Assembly (NCBI GenBank): GCA_964635545.1
Contig: CAZWOA010000003.1
Coordinates: 9,229 to 73,228, forward strand
Origin: an uncultured Marinilabiliaceae bacterium
GTDB lineage: Bacteria > Bacteroidota > Bacteroidia > Bacteroidales > Marinilabiliaceae
DNA: 64,000 nucleotides
Direction: 5' to 3'
In this document: piece after piece, positions 1 to 10,663 of the stretch
Layout of the letters: every line of letters starts with the position of its first letter
Numbering within the stretch: position 1 is the stretch's first letter
The notes under the pieces: model-generated
Told to the model about the DNA's origin: nothing
Databases searched by the model: none
Seen by the model: only the letters and a program-made list of their open reading frames with translations
Program-made: the position numbers and the translations under genes

Positions 1-2055
1 GAAAAGGCCTACATTAGACCTCAAAATACCATACAGATCACCATACATGCGCCATTGTGCACCAACCTGCCCCACCGCAGCTGAACTGACAAAAAGCTGA
101 CCTTCATTCATACCGAAGAAAGGAATATGATAATCGACAAAGCTGGCAGGCCCTCCAAGCATAAACTTATTAGATAGTAAATCTCGATTATTAAAAGAGT
201 GTCCCAAATATATTTTTGTAATCATCGATATCTTTGGGGTAATAGGAATATAGGTTTCAAAATCGCCAAGTACTCGATAATAATTTCCCTTCGATGGATT
301 AAGCTCTTCAGATACATTATCATAATTTGAAATTGAATATGATCTGTCGAAACCTGTATATCCGAAAACATTGATATTAAAGCCTGTTTCGGGTAAAAAC
401 TTACGATTTAGAGAGTTATAATGTAATTCAGCATTTCCGTAGAAGCTTTTTATATTTCCTTTTGCTACGTTACCGTAGGCTATAGAAGGTGAAAAACGGC
501 TTTCCCCATATCCAATACCTAATCTAAATTCGAGATCCGGATTTAAAATATATCCATATGAGGCGTTTAGAATTGATGATAATATTGAGTATTGATAGTT
601 AAAAGATGCATTATTATATATGGGAATTTTAAATCGGTTGGCATCGTAAGATATATCTAAATAACGATTAAATTTATGGCCAAAGTACTGCACATGTCGC
701 AGTTTAAATCTGGGCATCTCCGATATAGCCACTTTTCCTTCACTAAGCGACCTCTCTCCCACTTTATTATTCAATGTATAATCGAGCATCAACGAAGCAT
801 TGGTGAAAGTGTGATATGACAAGCCCAACTTCAATGACGTTTGTGGATTTTCGACAACAATACATTTAAGAGTAGCTCCTATAGAGTCGGAATCTACAAC
901 CTCGTAATTAAGACTCTTATAGTAACCTGTAGAGTAAGCCCTACGGAATGCATCATTAATTTCTGCAGGAGTATAAGCTTTACCTATTTGTAAATTAAGG
1001 TTATGTTTTAACAGGTGCAATGATGAACGGCGTAACTCCTGATAATCTATATCCCTTATAATCAAGCTCTTTCTATTGGGCAGCTTATGATTATCTATAT
1101 AGTAGTCGTCATCATAACTACTCATTTTTTCAGCCAGTTGCTTAAAAAGTGGCAAAAAGTCATCACCCGTTGAGTTCCCGATACTGATAATAGTATCTGA
1201 CGACTCGAAGCTGGCAGCAGTATATTGACCTAGAGGCGGTTCAATAATCATATCGCAAATCTGCTTCTCCTTTACCAAATCTTCGGCATCACGATAGTTG
1301 GTAATCTGATACATTACATCAAAAGCAGTGCGGATATCGCTTGAGTGAGCAAGTCCCGAGAAAAGATTAACCCCAATAACATAATCGGCACCCATTTTCA
1401 CCACATCACGCACTGGGAAATTACGTACTATACCACCATCCACAAGCTTAGTATCATTATAATCAACAGCAGAAAATACTCCGGGGATAGCCATACTACT
1501 GCGTATTGCCCTTACAATATCGCCCTTATCGAGAATAACAGCCTGCCCATTGGACAAATCGGTGGCAACACATTGAAAAGGTATGGATAATTGATGGAAG
1601 TCCTTAATATCGTGCACAGGGAAAAATACCTCTGCAAACTTCAGCCAAATCTCTTGTGGCTCAATAAAACCGGTAAAAGGTTTTGGTCTGAAACCCTCAA
1701 AAAAGACCTCCAGAGCATAATTTTCATAATCTTTCTTAGTCTCAATGCTCACATTTTTAAAAAGAGGCTTACCTGCCAGAAGCTCACTCCAGTTAAGATT
1801 ACCGGCAATAACCTCAATCTCTTTACCGCTGTAACCGGCCGCATACATGGCTCCAATAATAGCTCCCATACTTGTTCCGGTAATATAATCGACCTTTAAA
1901 CCTGCTTCATCTATCGCTTTAAGCACACCAATATGCGCCAAACCTTTAGCACCACCGCCACTCAGCACAAGTCCCACTTTAGGGCGCTGCCCATTAGCAC
2001 TACTCACCATAGAAAGTGCCAATAACAATGCGAATATGCGGTAATACCTATGCAT
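1..2055 (-). CDS. Patatin-like phospholipase family protein, probably with a C-terminal Omp85/surface-antigen-like region; the C-terminus runs off the left edge of the window
   Basis: Not in the ORF track because there is no stop in the window. Hand translation from ATG at 2055-2053 gives MHRYYRIFALLLALSMVSSANGQRPKVGLVLSGGGAKGLAHIGVLKAIDEAGLKVDYITGTSMGA. This contains a signal peptide, the GGGxKG oxyanion motif and the GTSMG (GxSxG) nucleophile elbow. The frame stays open to position 1. Confidence 0.85.
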   Translation of the reverse strand, partial: MHRYYRIFALLLALSMVSSANGQRPKVGLVLSGGGAKGLAHIGVLKAIDEAGLKVDYITGTSMGAIIGAMYAAGYSGKEIEVIAGNLNWSELLAGKPLFKNVSIETKKDYENYALEVFFEGFRPKPFTGFIEPQEIWLKFAEVFFPVHDIKDFHQLSIPFQCVATDLSNGQAVILDKGDIVRAIRSSMAIPGVFSAVDYNDTKLVDGGIVRNFPVRDVVKMGADYVIGVNLFSGLAHSSDIRTAFDVMYQITNYRDAEDLVKEKQICDMIIEPPLGQYTAASFESSDTIISIGNSTGDDFLPLFKQLAEKMSSYDDDYYIDNHKLPNRKSLIIRDIDYQELRRSSLHLLKHNLNLQIGKAYTPAEINDAFRRAYSTGYYKSLNYEVVDSDSIGATLKCIVVENPQTSLKLGLSYHTFTNASLMLDYTLNNKVGERSLSEGKVAISEMPRFKLRHVQYFGHKFNRYLDISYDANRFKIPIYNNASFNYQYSILSSILNASYGYILNPDLEFRLGIGYGESRFSPSIAYGNVAKGNIKSFYGNAELHYNSLNRKFLPETGFNINVFGYTGFDRSYSISNYDNVSEELNPSKGNYYRVLGDFETYIPITPKISMITKIYLGHSFNNRDLLSNKFMLGGPASFVDYHIPFFGMNEGQLFVSSAAVGQVGAQWRMYGDLYGILRSNVGLF

Positions 2056-2124
2056 AATTGATAAGAACTAAAGAATAAAAATTATTTTCAGACAACAATA
2101 TAGTTAAAAATCATTGATTTACCA

Positions 2125-4086
2125 TTATCTACCTGGCACAAGTCTATCTTCAATCATTCTATTATTAAACTGCTGAATAACAGCCTTTAACATCTGTTCC
2201 TCCTCATTTACATCAAGTTGTCCTTGCATATTATTTTTCAGATAATGGTCATCTGCATAATTATAAACCCCGGTTATTTTTTTTCCATCAAAATAGATAA
2301 CCTTACCATTCATCATAAATTGATAAACCTCATTTGAGTAATTTACGACAAATTTATCGGAATTACTATCCAGCAGATTATTTCCAAAGGCCACAAACGG
2401 CTGTTCAACACCCACATAGCCAAGCACAGTGGGCATTATGTCAATTTGCTGTGCCAATCGTGTTTCCACTCCTTTACTAATCGAACCATCGGGAGTAAAG
2501 AAAATAAGCGGCACACCAAATGCTTCCACATTATTTTTATACTCATCATGCTCAGGCACGATACTATGGTCGGCAGTTATCACAAACAGAGTATTTTCAT
2601 ACCATGGCATAGTTTTTATCTGATTAAAGAAGAGTCTTAGAGCATTATCAGTATAGCCAATACACTCCTGCACAGGCAGTGGTCCGGTAGGAAACACACC
2701 TTCATACTCGGCAGGCACCTTAAATGGGTGATGTGATGAGAGAGAAAAGAGAGCAGTTACGAAAGGCTCCTCAATTTCATTCATCTTATTGCCAAAATAT
2801 CTAAAGAACTTATCATCCCAAATACCCCAGATACCATCAAAATCGGCATCATTAGCATACTCATTTTTACCATAGTAATTCTGAAAACCTGCAATACGGG
2901 CAAAAGCATCGAAACCCATTGAACCGTTGGGCGCACCATGGAAGAAAGCCGAGTTATAACCCTCTGCACCAAGAATATTGGCCAAACTATTAATCTTGTT
3001 TGATGAATATTCACTCACCACATAAGGCAGCACCAAGGCCGGAATACCGGCTAGCACCGATGGCATTGCATCTATCGATTTACGGCCATTGGCATATGCG
3101 TTTCTAAATATAAGACTCTCATGGGCCAGTGAATCGAGAAAAGGCGTGTAACCACGATATTTGCCATCTTCGAGCATGGGATTGAACACCCCCAGAAACT
3201 CACGGCTGAAACTCTCAAGAATAATCACAACCACATTTTTTTTCAGTGGCTTATTATCAAAATTATATTGGCGTACAACGCTGAATACCTCTCCTGCCTT
3301 ACTCTCAGGCTCAAAAAAGCTCATCTGCGTAAAACTCTTTTTACCAATAGTGCGAATTATGGAGAAAGGAGTATTAAGCACAATGGCCATCTCCTCGGGC
3401 GAATCGACATAAGCACCTGCATTACTTAGTGTTATAGGACGTGTGCTATGGCGGTAACCACCACGGATACCAATTACCGAAAATGCAGAAACAGCAACCA
3501 ATACCACCAAAGAAACAAGAACATATACAAAATTATTCTTAATAGCAGACCGTCGAGGTTGAAGTACTGAATATGCCATAGAAAGCAGTATCATCATCAG
3601 CACAAAGAACAGAGCCACATACCAGAAATCGATAATAAACTGCACCCACAGTTTACCCATATTCTGCTCATTTTTAAGGATATCAATCACATTAAAGGTT
3701 GACCTTTTAAGAATAAATCTGTAATATATAATATCGATACTATTAAGTGCAAAACCTACCCCATTGACGGTAAGAAACAACCCTTTAAGAAACTTTTTAT
3801 ATCCGCCGTTGTACTTGAATTTGAAAGAAAGAACAAAAAACAGAAAATATAAAATATTAAGATATATAAGAGCACTATTATCAAAAAGCAATCCACCCTT
3901 CATTATACGCATAAAGCCTGACAGCGTAACATGTGGAAAAAGTTCAGTATTCATAAGGTAAAACGTCACCCTGAAGACGGCATAGAATAGAAAAAGTATG
4001 GCAAATCGATATGCCAACACCAAAAACTCGTTACACTCAACACTGGGAGTTTTAAAGAGAGAGAGGAAATTACGTTTAGATTTCAT
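2125..4086 (-). CDS. LTA synthase / sulfatase-family (alkaline-phosphatase superfamily) membrane protein
   Basis: 653-aa ORF. It has a multi-TM N-terminal half followed by a sulfatase-like domain (VVIILESFSREF, SSHHPF, ADHS motifs). Confidence 0.85.
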   Translation of the reverse strand: MKSKRNFLSLFKTPSVECNEFLVLAYRFAILFLFYAVFRVTFYLMNTELFPHVTLSGFMRIMKGGLLFDNSALIYLNILYFLFFVLSFKFKYNGGYKKFLKGLFLTVNGVGFALNSIDIIYYRFILKRSTFNVIDILKNEQNMGKLWVQFIIDFWYVALFFVLMMILLSMAYSVLQPRRSAIKNNFVYVLVSLVVLVAVSAFSVIGIRGGYRHSTRPITLSNAGAYVDSPEEMAIVLNTPFSIIRTIGKKSFTQMSFFEPESKAGEVFSVVRQYNFDNKPLKKNVVVIILESFSREFLGVFNPMLEDGKYRGYTPFLDSLAHESLIFRNAYANGRKSIDAMPSVLAGIPALVLPYVVSEYSSNKINSLANILGAEGYNSAFFHGAPNGSMGFDAFARIAGFQNYYGKNEYANDADFDGIWGIWDDKFFRYFGNKMNEIEEPFVTALFSLSSHHPFKVPAEYEGVFPTGPLPVQECIGYTDNALRLFFNQIKTMPWYENTLFVITADHSIVPEHDEYKNNVEAFGVPLIFFTPDGSISKGVETRLAQQIDIMPTVLGYVGVEQPFVAFGNNLLDSNSDKFVVNYSNEVYQFMMNGKVIYFDGKKITGVYNYADDHYLKNNMQGQLDVNEEEQMLKAVIQQFNNRMIEDRLVPGR

Positions 4087-4312
4087 TTTACGTAAAATTA
4101 TTATTGAAGATGCAAATTTACCATTTTTGGGTTAAGTGGCAATCATCAATTGTGTAGAATTGCCCTAATCAATATCTGTAATGATAAAAAAAGGCAATAA
4201 AACATGTTTCAACTGTAGCCTAACACCATTGTAATTCACACTTTTAACTAAATTTAATTGCGTTGCAACTCTTATAGTAACCCAAAAACATTGTTAATTG
4301 ATGTTTTATTGA

Positions 4313-4320
4313 TAATTTTG
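4313..4320 (+). promoter_or_regulatory. Putative Bacteroidota -7 promoter box (TAATTTTG) for the TPR gene
   Basis: Perfect match to TAnnTTTG, 25 nt upstream of the ATG at 4345. A TTG lies 19 nt upstream at 4291-4293 as a possible -33 element. Confidence 0.4.
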
Positions 4321-4344
4321 TAGATTAATAATGTAAGGAAATAT

Positions 4345-5766
4345 ATGCAGGAATTTTTCCATGCCGGACAGAATGCCAACAAAGAAACCATCAATTCTTT
4401 TGAAAAGATGCTTCGTGGAGAAAGGACTCTTTATTTTGATGTTCATGAAATAGAGTCGTTACACGACCATTTTGTGGAAAATGATAACCTAGAGATGGCC
4501 GATAGAGTGCTCGCCATTGGATTATCATTACACCCCGACTCCATTAGTTTAAAAACGCGCAAAGCCTCCATGCTCACCGACAAAGGTGCTCTGGATGAGG
4601 CGGTTGAAATGCTTTCAACCCTTAAAGAGATAGACTCAAGCAACAGCGACATATATATTAATCTTGGCTGGATATTTCTTAAAAAAGGAGAAATAGGAAA
4701 AGCATTAGAATACTTTGAAAATGCTGTAAAGCTTACCAATGAAGATGATAAAGCCGATATTCTGCTTGAGATAGGTATAAATCTTAATCAAAACGACTTT
4801 AACCTTGAGGCAGTGCCCTTTCTTGAGAGGTCGCTCCTCATAAATCCAGATAATGAAAGTGCTCTTTTTGAAGTTGCATACGGCTATGACAGGCTCGACA
4901 TGAATCAAAAGAGTACGGCTGCCTATGAGCATCTGCTGGAGATAAACCCATTCATTGAAAACGCATGGTACAACCTTGGTATTCAGCATAATAAGCTATT
5001 CAGATATAATGAATCTATAGATGCTTATGATTATACTATTGCGTTAAATCCAAATTATTCGGACGCATACTTCAACAAGGGCAACACGTATGTCAATATG
5101 GGTAAGTTTGATAAGGCACTTGACTGCTATCTGGAACATGCGTCATTTAAGGAAGATCTTAACCAGACGTATCAATATATAGGCGACTGTTGGGAGCAAC
5201 TTTCCAACCCAGCAATGGCTGTGAGGTTTTTTCAGAAATCGCTGGAGCTAGAGCCCACAAATGCCGATGCAATGTACGGCTATGCCACAGCACTTATGGC
5301 ACTTGGCGATTTTGAGGAGAGTATAATTATGATCAATCAGGCACTGTCGATAAACCCTATTCAATCGGATTATTACTTTGCACTGGCTCAGGCATATCTG
5401 GAGATGAGCGATTTAAAGCAATGTGCTCATAGTCTGGAGATTGGTTTATCACTATCGCCCAACGAGTTACTTGCATGGATAGAGCTTATTAAACTTAAAG
5501 TAACGCTATCCAAACGCTTTAATGCTGATAACTTTATTAAGAAAGCACGTCGCGAATATGGCGAAGAGCTACCTTCATTATTGTATCTGGATGCCTACAT
5601 CAGTTTTTACCTGAAAAGAGATATCAAAAGCACCATTACAAAGCTAAACATAGCAATAATGGCCGACAGGAATATGCTGGATGAGTTGCATGAAGAGGCT
5701 GCTGCCATGCTTGAGCATGAAGATATAAAAGAAATTGTTAAAAATTCGGATATCAATAAAAATTAG
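4345..5766 (+). CDS. Tetratricopeptide (TPR) repeat protein
   Basis: 473-aa ORF with many 34-residue TPR-like repeats (e.g. AWYNLGIQHNKLFRYNESIDAYDYTIALNPNYSDAYFNKGNTY). Confidence 0.85.
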   Translation: MQEFFHAGQNANKETINSFEKMLRGERTLYFDVHEIESLHDHFVENDNLEMADRVLAIGLSLHPDSISLKTRKASMLTDKGALDEAVEMLSTLKEIDSSNSDIYINLGWIFLKKGEIGKALEYFENAVKLTNEDDKADILLEIGINLNQNDFNLEAVPFLERSLLINPDNESALFEVAYGYDRLDMNQKSTAAYEHLLEINPFIENAWYNLGIQHNKLFRYNESIDAYDYTIALNPNYSDAYFNKGNTYVNMGKFDKALDCYLEHASFKEDLNQTYQYIGDCWEQLSNPAMAVRFFQKSLELEPTNADAMYGYATALMALGDFEESIIMINQALSINPIQSDYYFALAQAYLEMSDLKQCAHSLEIGLSLSPNELLAWIELIKLKVTLSKRFNADNFIKKARREYGEELPSLLYLDAYISFYLKRDIKSTITKLNIAIMADRNMLDELHEEAAAMLEHEDIKEIVKNSDINKN

Positions 5767-5788
5767 AACAAAAACACACCATTATTTC

Positions 5789-6742
5789 ATGAGTAAAATA
5801 AGTAAAAAAGAGGCTATTGCGCTTACACTTAAAGGTGTTGCCATGGGAGCAGCCAACGTAATACCCGGAGTATCGGGTGGTACTATAGCACTTATAACCG
5901 GAGTGTTTGAAAGACTAATAAATGCGCTTAAGTCATTCAACAAAAAAGCGATAAACCTACTATTAAAAGGTGAATTTAAGGCCTTTTTAGCGCATATCGA
6001 CTTTTACTTTTTGCTGGCTCTCTTCGCAGGAGTTTTTATAGCAATAATAACCTTTGCGCGTTTATTCAAATACCTATTTGAACACTATCCAATCTATTTA
6101 TGGTCGTTTTTCCTAGGATTGGTGGTTGCATCGGTGTGGTATGTGGCCAAAACAGTTACACGCTGGCACTGGACAACAATACTGTCATTAATAACAGGCA
6201 CAGTGATAGCTGGCGGCATCACAATGCTTACACCTGCCGAGAGCGACTCGTCATTTGTATATCTTCTGATATGTGGCGTGGTGGCAGTTTGCAGCATGAT
6301 ACTACCGGGACTGTCGGGCTCATTCGTTCTTATACTTATGGGCAACTACCAGTTGATAATGATAGACGCAGTGAGCGAATTCAACCTTAGAATATTGGTA
6401 CCGGTAGCAATTGGTGCAGGATTAGGATTGCCGCTTTTCTCATCGTTTCTGTCGTGGTTACTGAAGAAATACAACAACCAGACCATTGCCCTACTCACAG
6501 GCTTTATTGCAGGCTCGCTAAGTATTTTATGGCCTTGGAAAACCACTGTAGAACAAGCATTTGGAGATAAAATGAAGACTATCGGTTATGAATGGCATCT
6601 GCCTGAAGTTGACCTAAGCTTGTTTATTGCAATATTTTTTGCGATTTTAGGAGTACTGACAATTGTTGTTACCGAAATGATGGCCGACAAACAAAGCAAA
6701 TCATCTGAATTAAATCTTGCGCAAGATAAACAGAATAGTTAA
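5789..6742 (+). CDS. DUF368-family integral membrane protein
   Basis: The ORF track frame opens at 5735. The ATG at 5789 (MSKISKKEAIALTLKGVAMGAANVIPGVSGGTIALITGVFERL) avoids overlap with the TPR gene. The duplicated PGVSGG / PGLSGS motifs are typical of DUF368. Confidence 0.8.
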   Translation: MSKISKKEAIALTLKGVAMGAANVIPGVSGGTIALITGVFERLINALKSFNKKAINLLLKGEFKAFLAHIDFYFLLALFAGVFIAIITFARLFKYLFEHYPIYLWSFFLGLVVASVWYVAKTVTRWHWTTILSLITGTVIAGGITMLTPAESDSSFVYLLICGVVAVCSMILPGLSGSFVLILMGNYQLIMIDAVSEFNLRILVPVAIGAGLGLPLFSSFLSWLLKKYNNQTIALLTGFIAGSLSILWPWKTTVEQAFGDKMKTIGYEWHLPEVDLSLFIAIFFAILGVLTIVVTEMMADKQSKSSELNLAQDKQNS

Positions 6743-6763
6743 CCTACATAATACCCGCTGATT

Positions 6764-7531
6764 ATGAAGACATATGGATTAATAGGATACCCACTCTCCC
6801 ACTCTTTTTCGCAAAAATATTTCACCCAAAAATTTAGCGATGAGAATATTGATGCTCGTTATCTTCTTTTTCCATTAACCACCATTGATGAGTTTAAGGG
6901 CCTTCTTGAGCATCATCCATATATAGCGGGATTGAATGTTACCATACCATACAAAGAGAAGGTTATTCCTTTTCTTGATGAGATAGACCCTTCGGCGGAT
7001 GAAATAGGTGCCATAAACGTGATTAAAATTAATTGGGAGAATGGTAAACCACACCTCAAAGGCTATAATAGTGACACATACGGATTTGAGCAATCACTAT
7101 TGCCATTACTTCAACCTACGCACCAGCGCGGATTGATACTTGGCACCGGAGGAGCATCAAAAGCGGTGGCATATGTGCTCAACAAACTTAAAATTCCTGT
7201 AACATTCGTATCGCGACAGCCCCACCGACTAAACGATATTCACTACACCCAGGTGGATAAGGCAGTAATACAGTCGCACACAATTATAGTAAACACATCG
7301 CCGGTGGGTATGTATCCCTATCCTGATAACTGCCCCGATATTCCGTATGAATATTTAACTACGGAGCATATAGCCTACGATTTGATATATAATCCCGAGC
7401 AGACCCTGTTTCTTAAGAAGGCCGAAGAGCGTGGAGCAGTAACAAAAAACGGAATTGAGATGCTGTTTCTTCAGGCCAAAGGTGCTTGGGAAATATGGAA
7501 CACAGCTGAATCAGAAACTACGGAGCCTTAA
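6764..7531 (+). CDS. aroE: Shikimate 5-dehydrogenase
   Basis: 255 aa with YGLIGYPLSHSFS, NVTIPYK and GTGGASKAV motifs. Confidence 0.9.
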   Translation: MKTYGLIGYPLSHSFSQKYFTQKFSDENIDARYLLFPLTTIDEFKGLLEHHPYIAGLNVTIPYKEKVIPFLDEIDPSADEIGAINVIKINWENGKPHLKGYNSDTYGFEQSLLPLLQPTHQRGLILGTGGASKAVAYVLNKLKIPVTFVSRQPHRLNDIHYTQVDKAVIQSHTIIVNTSPVGMYPYPDNCPDIPYEYLTTEHIAYDLIYNPEQTLFLKKAEERGAVTKNGIEMLFLQAKGAWEIWNTAESETTEP

Positions 7532-8299
7532 CTCATGCGAAAGAGGCTTAAAACCACCTCCTTGCGGGTATTCTATATCAACCAGCGATAAAGCTTGCGG
7601 CGGTGCTGAAGAGCCTGCCGCACAGCGGTTTTTGCCTTCAATAATATTAACAAACTGATTGATATCTATTTTATTTCGCCCCACATCGAGCAGCGTGCCC
7701 ACAATGGCGCGCACCATATTACGCAAAAACCTATCTGCCTTAATTATATAACGCCACTCATATTCGGACAATTGCACCCATTCGGCCTTCATAATTTTAC
7801 AATTATTGGTCTTCACATCGGTGTGCAACTTACTAAAACTTGTAAAATCCTGATAATCAAACAACTTCAGCGAAGCTTTATTCATAGCATCAAAATCTAA
7901 ATCATAAACCGAACGATGGGCAACACCACTTCTAAACGGCTCTTTGCGTAGAGTAATATCGTAATGATAGGTGCGACTTAATGCCGAAAAGCGACTATGA
8001 AGCTCATTATCAACTTCTTGAATATTATAAATCAGAACATCATTGGGGAGAATCCTATTTAGTTTGAATATAAAATGGTTGAAATCGGTAATTTGTGCTG
8101 AAACATCGAAATGAGCCACAAAATAGGATGAATGCACACCCGTATCTGTACGGCCAGCCCCCACCACATTAACATCCTCTTTCAAAAGAGTGCTAATGGC
8201 ACCATTTACAGCCTCTTGCACAGTTATGGCATTATTCTGCACCTGCCAACCATGATAATTTGCCCCATTATAGGCCATCTCCATAAAATATCGAAACAT
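7511..8299 (-). CDS. truA: tRNA pseudouridine(38-40) synthase
   Basis: 262 aa. It has YNGANYHGWQVQ and the catalytic GAGRTDTGVHS motif. Confidence 0.92.
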   Translation of the reverse strand: MFRYFMEMAYNGANYHGWQVQNNAITVQEAVNGAISTLLKEDVNVVGAGRTDTGVHSSYFVAHFDVSAQITDFNHFIFKLNRILPNDVLIYNIQEVDNELHSRFSALSRTYHYDITLRKEPFRSGVAHRSVYDLDFDAMNKASLKLFDYQDFTSFSKLHTDVKTNNCKIMKAEWVQLSEYEWRYIIKADRFLRNMVRAIVGTLLDVGRNKIDINQFVNIIEGKNRCAAGSSAPPQALSLVDIEYPQGGGFKPLSHELRLRSF

Positions 8300-8315
8300 A
8301 TTACAGTATTTATCA

Positions 8316-8323
8316 CAAATATA
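8316..8323 (-). promoter_or_regulatory. Putative -7 box (TATATTTG on the minus strand) for truA
   Basis: Plus-strand caaatata is a perfect TAnnTTTG on the minus strand, 17 nt upstream of the truA ATG. Confidence 0.4.
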
Positions 8324-8425
8324 TGGTTTCTTTTTCAGTTGACATTAAATTAGATTGTGCAGAATCACATATCGGCACCAACAGGTATTATAGAGTAACT
8401 AAGAGTTCTACAGACCATACAATCA

Positions 8426-8458
8426 TAAAAAAATCCGGGAAGCACCCGGATTTTTTTA
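8426..8458 (-). terminator. Rho-independent terminator after the M3 peptidase gene
   Basis: Stem atccggg/cccggat (8433-8439 and 8445-8451) with loop aagca, flanked by A-run and T-run. On the minus strand the hairpin is followed by a T7 run. Confidence 0.8.
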
Positions 8459-8467
8459 TCTTTTTAT

Positions 8468-10579
8468 TTATTTCAATCCTCTATTACGAAGCAGTGCGTC
8501 AATTGAAGGCTCCTGACCGCGGAACTTCACATATTGCACCATTCCTTCATCCTCACCATTATCGGCAAGGCAATGCTCACGGAATTTGGCTGCCAGCTCC
8601 TGATTAAATATATCTCCTGTTTCAACAAAAGCATCAAAAGCATCAGAATCAAGCACTTCTGCCCAAATATACACATAATAACCGGCTGAATATCCGCCGT
8701 TAAATATGTGCGAGAAATAGGTAGAACGGTATCGGGGAATAATTTCAGAAATTAATCCCAACTCATCCATTGCATTCTGTTCAAACTCATTGGCATCAGC
8801 AATTTTATCGCCACCTGCTATAGTGTGCCATTTCATATCTAGCAGTGCTGCCGCCAAATATTCTGTAGTTACGAATCCTTGGTTGAAAGTACTGCTCTTC
8901 TGAAGTTTTGCTATAAGCTCATCAGGAATAACCTCATTGGTTTCATAATGACGGGCATATTGCTTTAACACTTCAGGCTCGGCAGCCCAATGCTCGTTAA
9001 TTTGCGAAGGGAGCTCAACAAAATCGCGAGCCACAACACCTGCCGTGCGCTTATACTCACCGCGGGTAAACAGACCGTGCAATCCGTGACCAAACTCATG
9101 GAACATGGTTGTTACTTCATCCCAAGTAAGAAGTGCAGGTTTATCACCAGTGGGAGGGGTAAAATTACATACTATAGACACAAGTGGGTTGGTACGTTTA
9201 CCATTGGCATCACTGGCACGGCGGAATGAGGTACACCACGCTCCTACCCTTTTGCCCGCTCTTGGGTGCCAGTCGAAATATACAAGGCCTGCCGGAGTTC
9301 CATCGGCTTCTTTCACCTCATACACCTCGTTAAGCGGGTTGTATAGCGGCAAATCGGTACGTCTTTCTAGAGTTATGCCATATAGCTTATTGGCTGCCCA
9401 GAACATGCCATCGCGCACATTATCGAGTTTGAAATATGGTTTCAGCTCATTTTCATCCAGATTATATTTTTCTTTTCTGAGTTTCTCGGCCCAGTACCAC
9501 CAGTCCCACGACTCCAGTTTGTATCTGGCACCGTTGCGTGCGGCAAGGCGTTGCATCTCGGCAAGCTCTTTCTTGGCCACATTTAGGGCCGGAGTCCAGA
9601 GTTGGTGCAGGAATTCATTCACCTTTTCGGGTGTTTGAGCCATATTAACCTCTATCACATATTCAGCAAAGTTCTTATAACCAAGAAGTTTAGCCTTATT
9701 GGCACGCAACTCAGCCATGCGGGCAATAATCACTTTATTATCGCTATCGTTATTATTGTCGCCACGCAGGTAATATCCTTTATATAGCTTTTCGCGCAAG
9801 TCACGATTTTCAGCATATTGTAGGAAAGGTATCCAGCTTGGTTTATCGAGTGTAAACACCCAATTTCCGGCTTTACCTTTATTTTTGGCAGTTTCGGCAG
9901 CAGCAGATATCACACCTTCGGGAAGTCCGGCAAGGTCATCCTCATTATCAACCACAAGCATGAAATTGGTATTGGTTTCGGCAAGTAGATTATCGGCAAA
10001 CTGAAGGCTAAGCATTGAAAGTTCCTCATTGAGTTTACGTAATTCTGCTTGTTGAGCATCATTAAGGCGGGCACCATTACGCACAAAATCGGAGTAATAT
10101 TTCTCTACAACACGTTTTTGAGAATGGTTAAGCCCAAGATTTTCACGCGCCTCATATATTTTTGAAATACGCTCAAACAGGGCTTGATTCATCATCAAGT
10201 CATCGTTGTGCTTGGTCATTTCCGGAGAGATTTCCTTGGCAATTGCCTTCAAAGAGTCATTATCATCGGTACCTCTAAGACCATAGAACACCATCGATAC
10301 CTTGGATAGCATCTCGCCCGATTGGTCGTATGCCACAATGGTATTGTCAAAAGTAGGCTCAGCCCTATTGGTTGCTATAAGCATAACAGCCTCTTGTTGC
10401 TGCCTCATTCCTTCTCTAAGAGCAGGAATAAAATGATTTGCGTTGATTTTCTCAAATGGTGGCACTTCAAACTCAGTACCATAACTTCGCTCAAAAAATG
10501 GATTATCGGACTTGCCGGGTTTCTGGCATGACGATAATACAATTGCTGAAGCGGCAATGATTGTCATTAATTTATTCAT
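8468..10579 (-). CDS. dcp: M3-family zinc metallopeptidase (peptidyl-dipeptidase Dcp-like), probable lipoprotein
   Basis: HEFGHGLH zinc motif. The ORF opens at 10609, but the ATG at 10579 gives MNKLMTIIAASAIVLSSC, a signal peptide with a lipobox Cys. Confidence 0.88.
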   Translation of the reverse strand: MNKLMTIIAASAIVLSSCQKPGKSDNPFFERSYGTEFEVPPFEKINANHFIPALREGMRQQQEAVMLIATNRAEPTFDNTIVAYDQSGEMLSKVSMVFYGLRGTDDNDSLKAIAKEISPEMTKHNDDLMMNQALFERISKIYEARENLGLNHSQKRVVEKYYSDFVRNGARLNDAQQAELRKLNEELSMLSLQFADNLLAETNTNFMLVVDNEDDLAGLPEGVISAAAETAKNKGKAGNWVFTLDKPSWIPFLQYAENRDLREKLYKGYYLRGDNNNDSDNKVIIARMAELRANKAKLLGYKNFAEYVIEVNMAQTPEKVNEFLHQLWTPALNVAKKELAEMQRLAARNGARYKLESWDWWYWAEKLRKEKYNLDENELKPYFKLDNVRDGMFWAANKLYGITLERRTDLPLYNPLNEVYEVKEADGTPAGLVYFDWHPRAGKRVGAWCTSFRRASDANGKRTNPLVSIVCNFTPPTGDKPALLTWDEVTTMFHEFGHGLHGLFTRGEYKRTAGVVARDFVELPSQINEHWAAEPEVLKQYARHYETNEVIPDELIAKLQKSSTFNQGFVTTEYLAAALLDMKWHTIAGGDKIADANEFEQNAMDELGLISEIIPRYRSTYFSHIFNGGYSAGYYVYIWAEVLDSDAFDAFVETGDIFNQELAAKFREHCLADNGEDEGMVQYVKFRGQEPSIDALLRNRGLK

Positions 10580-10663
10580 TTGTTGTATGATTAATTGAAA
10601 TTTATGCATGTAAAATATTGGTTTATAATCTATATACCAATGATTAAGGTCATTATGCAGCTT

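Noticed and set aside
1345-1899. Two plus-strand ORFs (81 and 102 aa)
   Set aside because: Both are antisense to the long open minus-strand frame that encodes the patatin-like protein with clear catalytic motifs.
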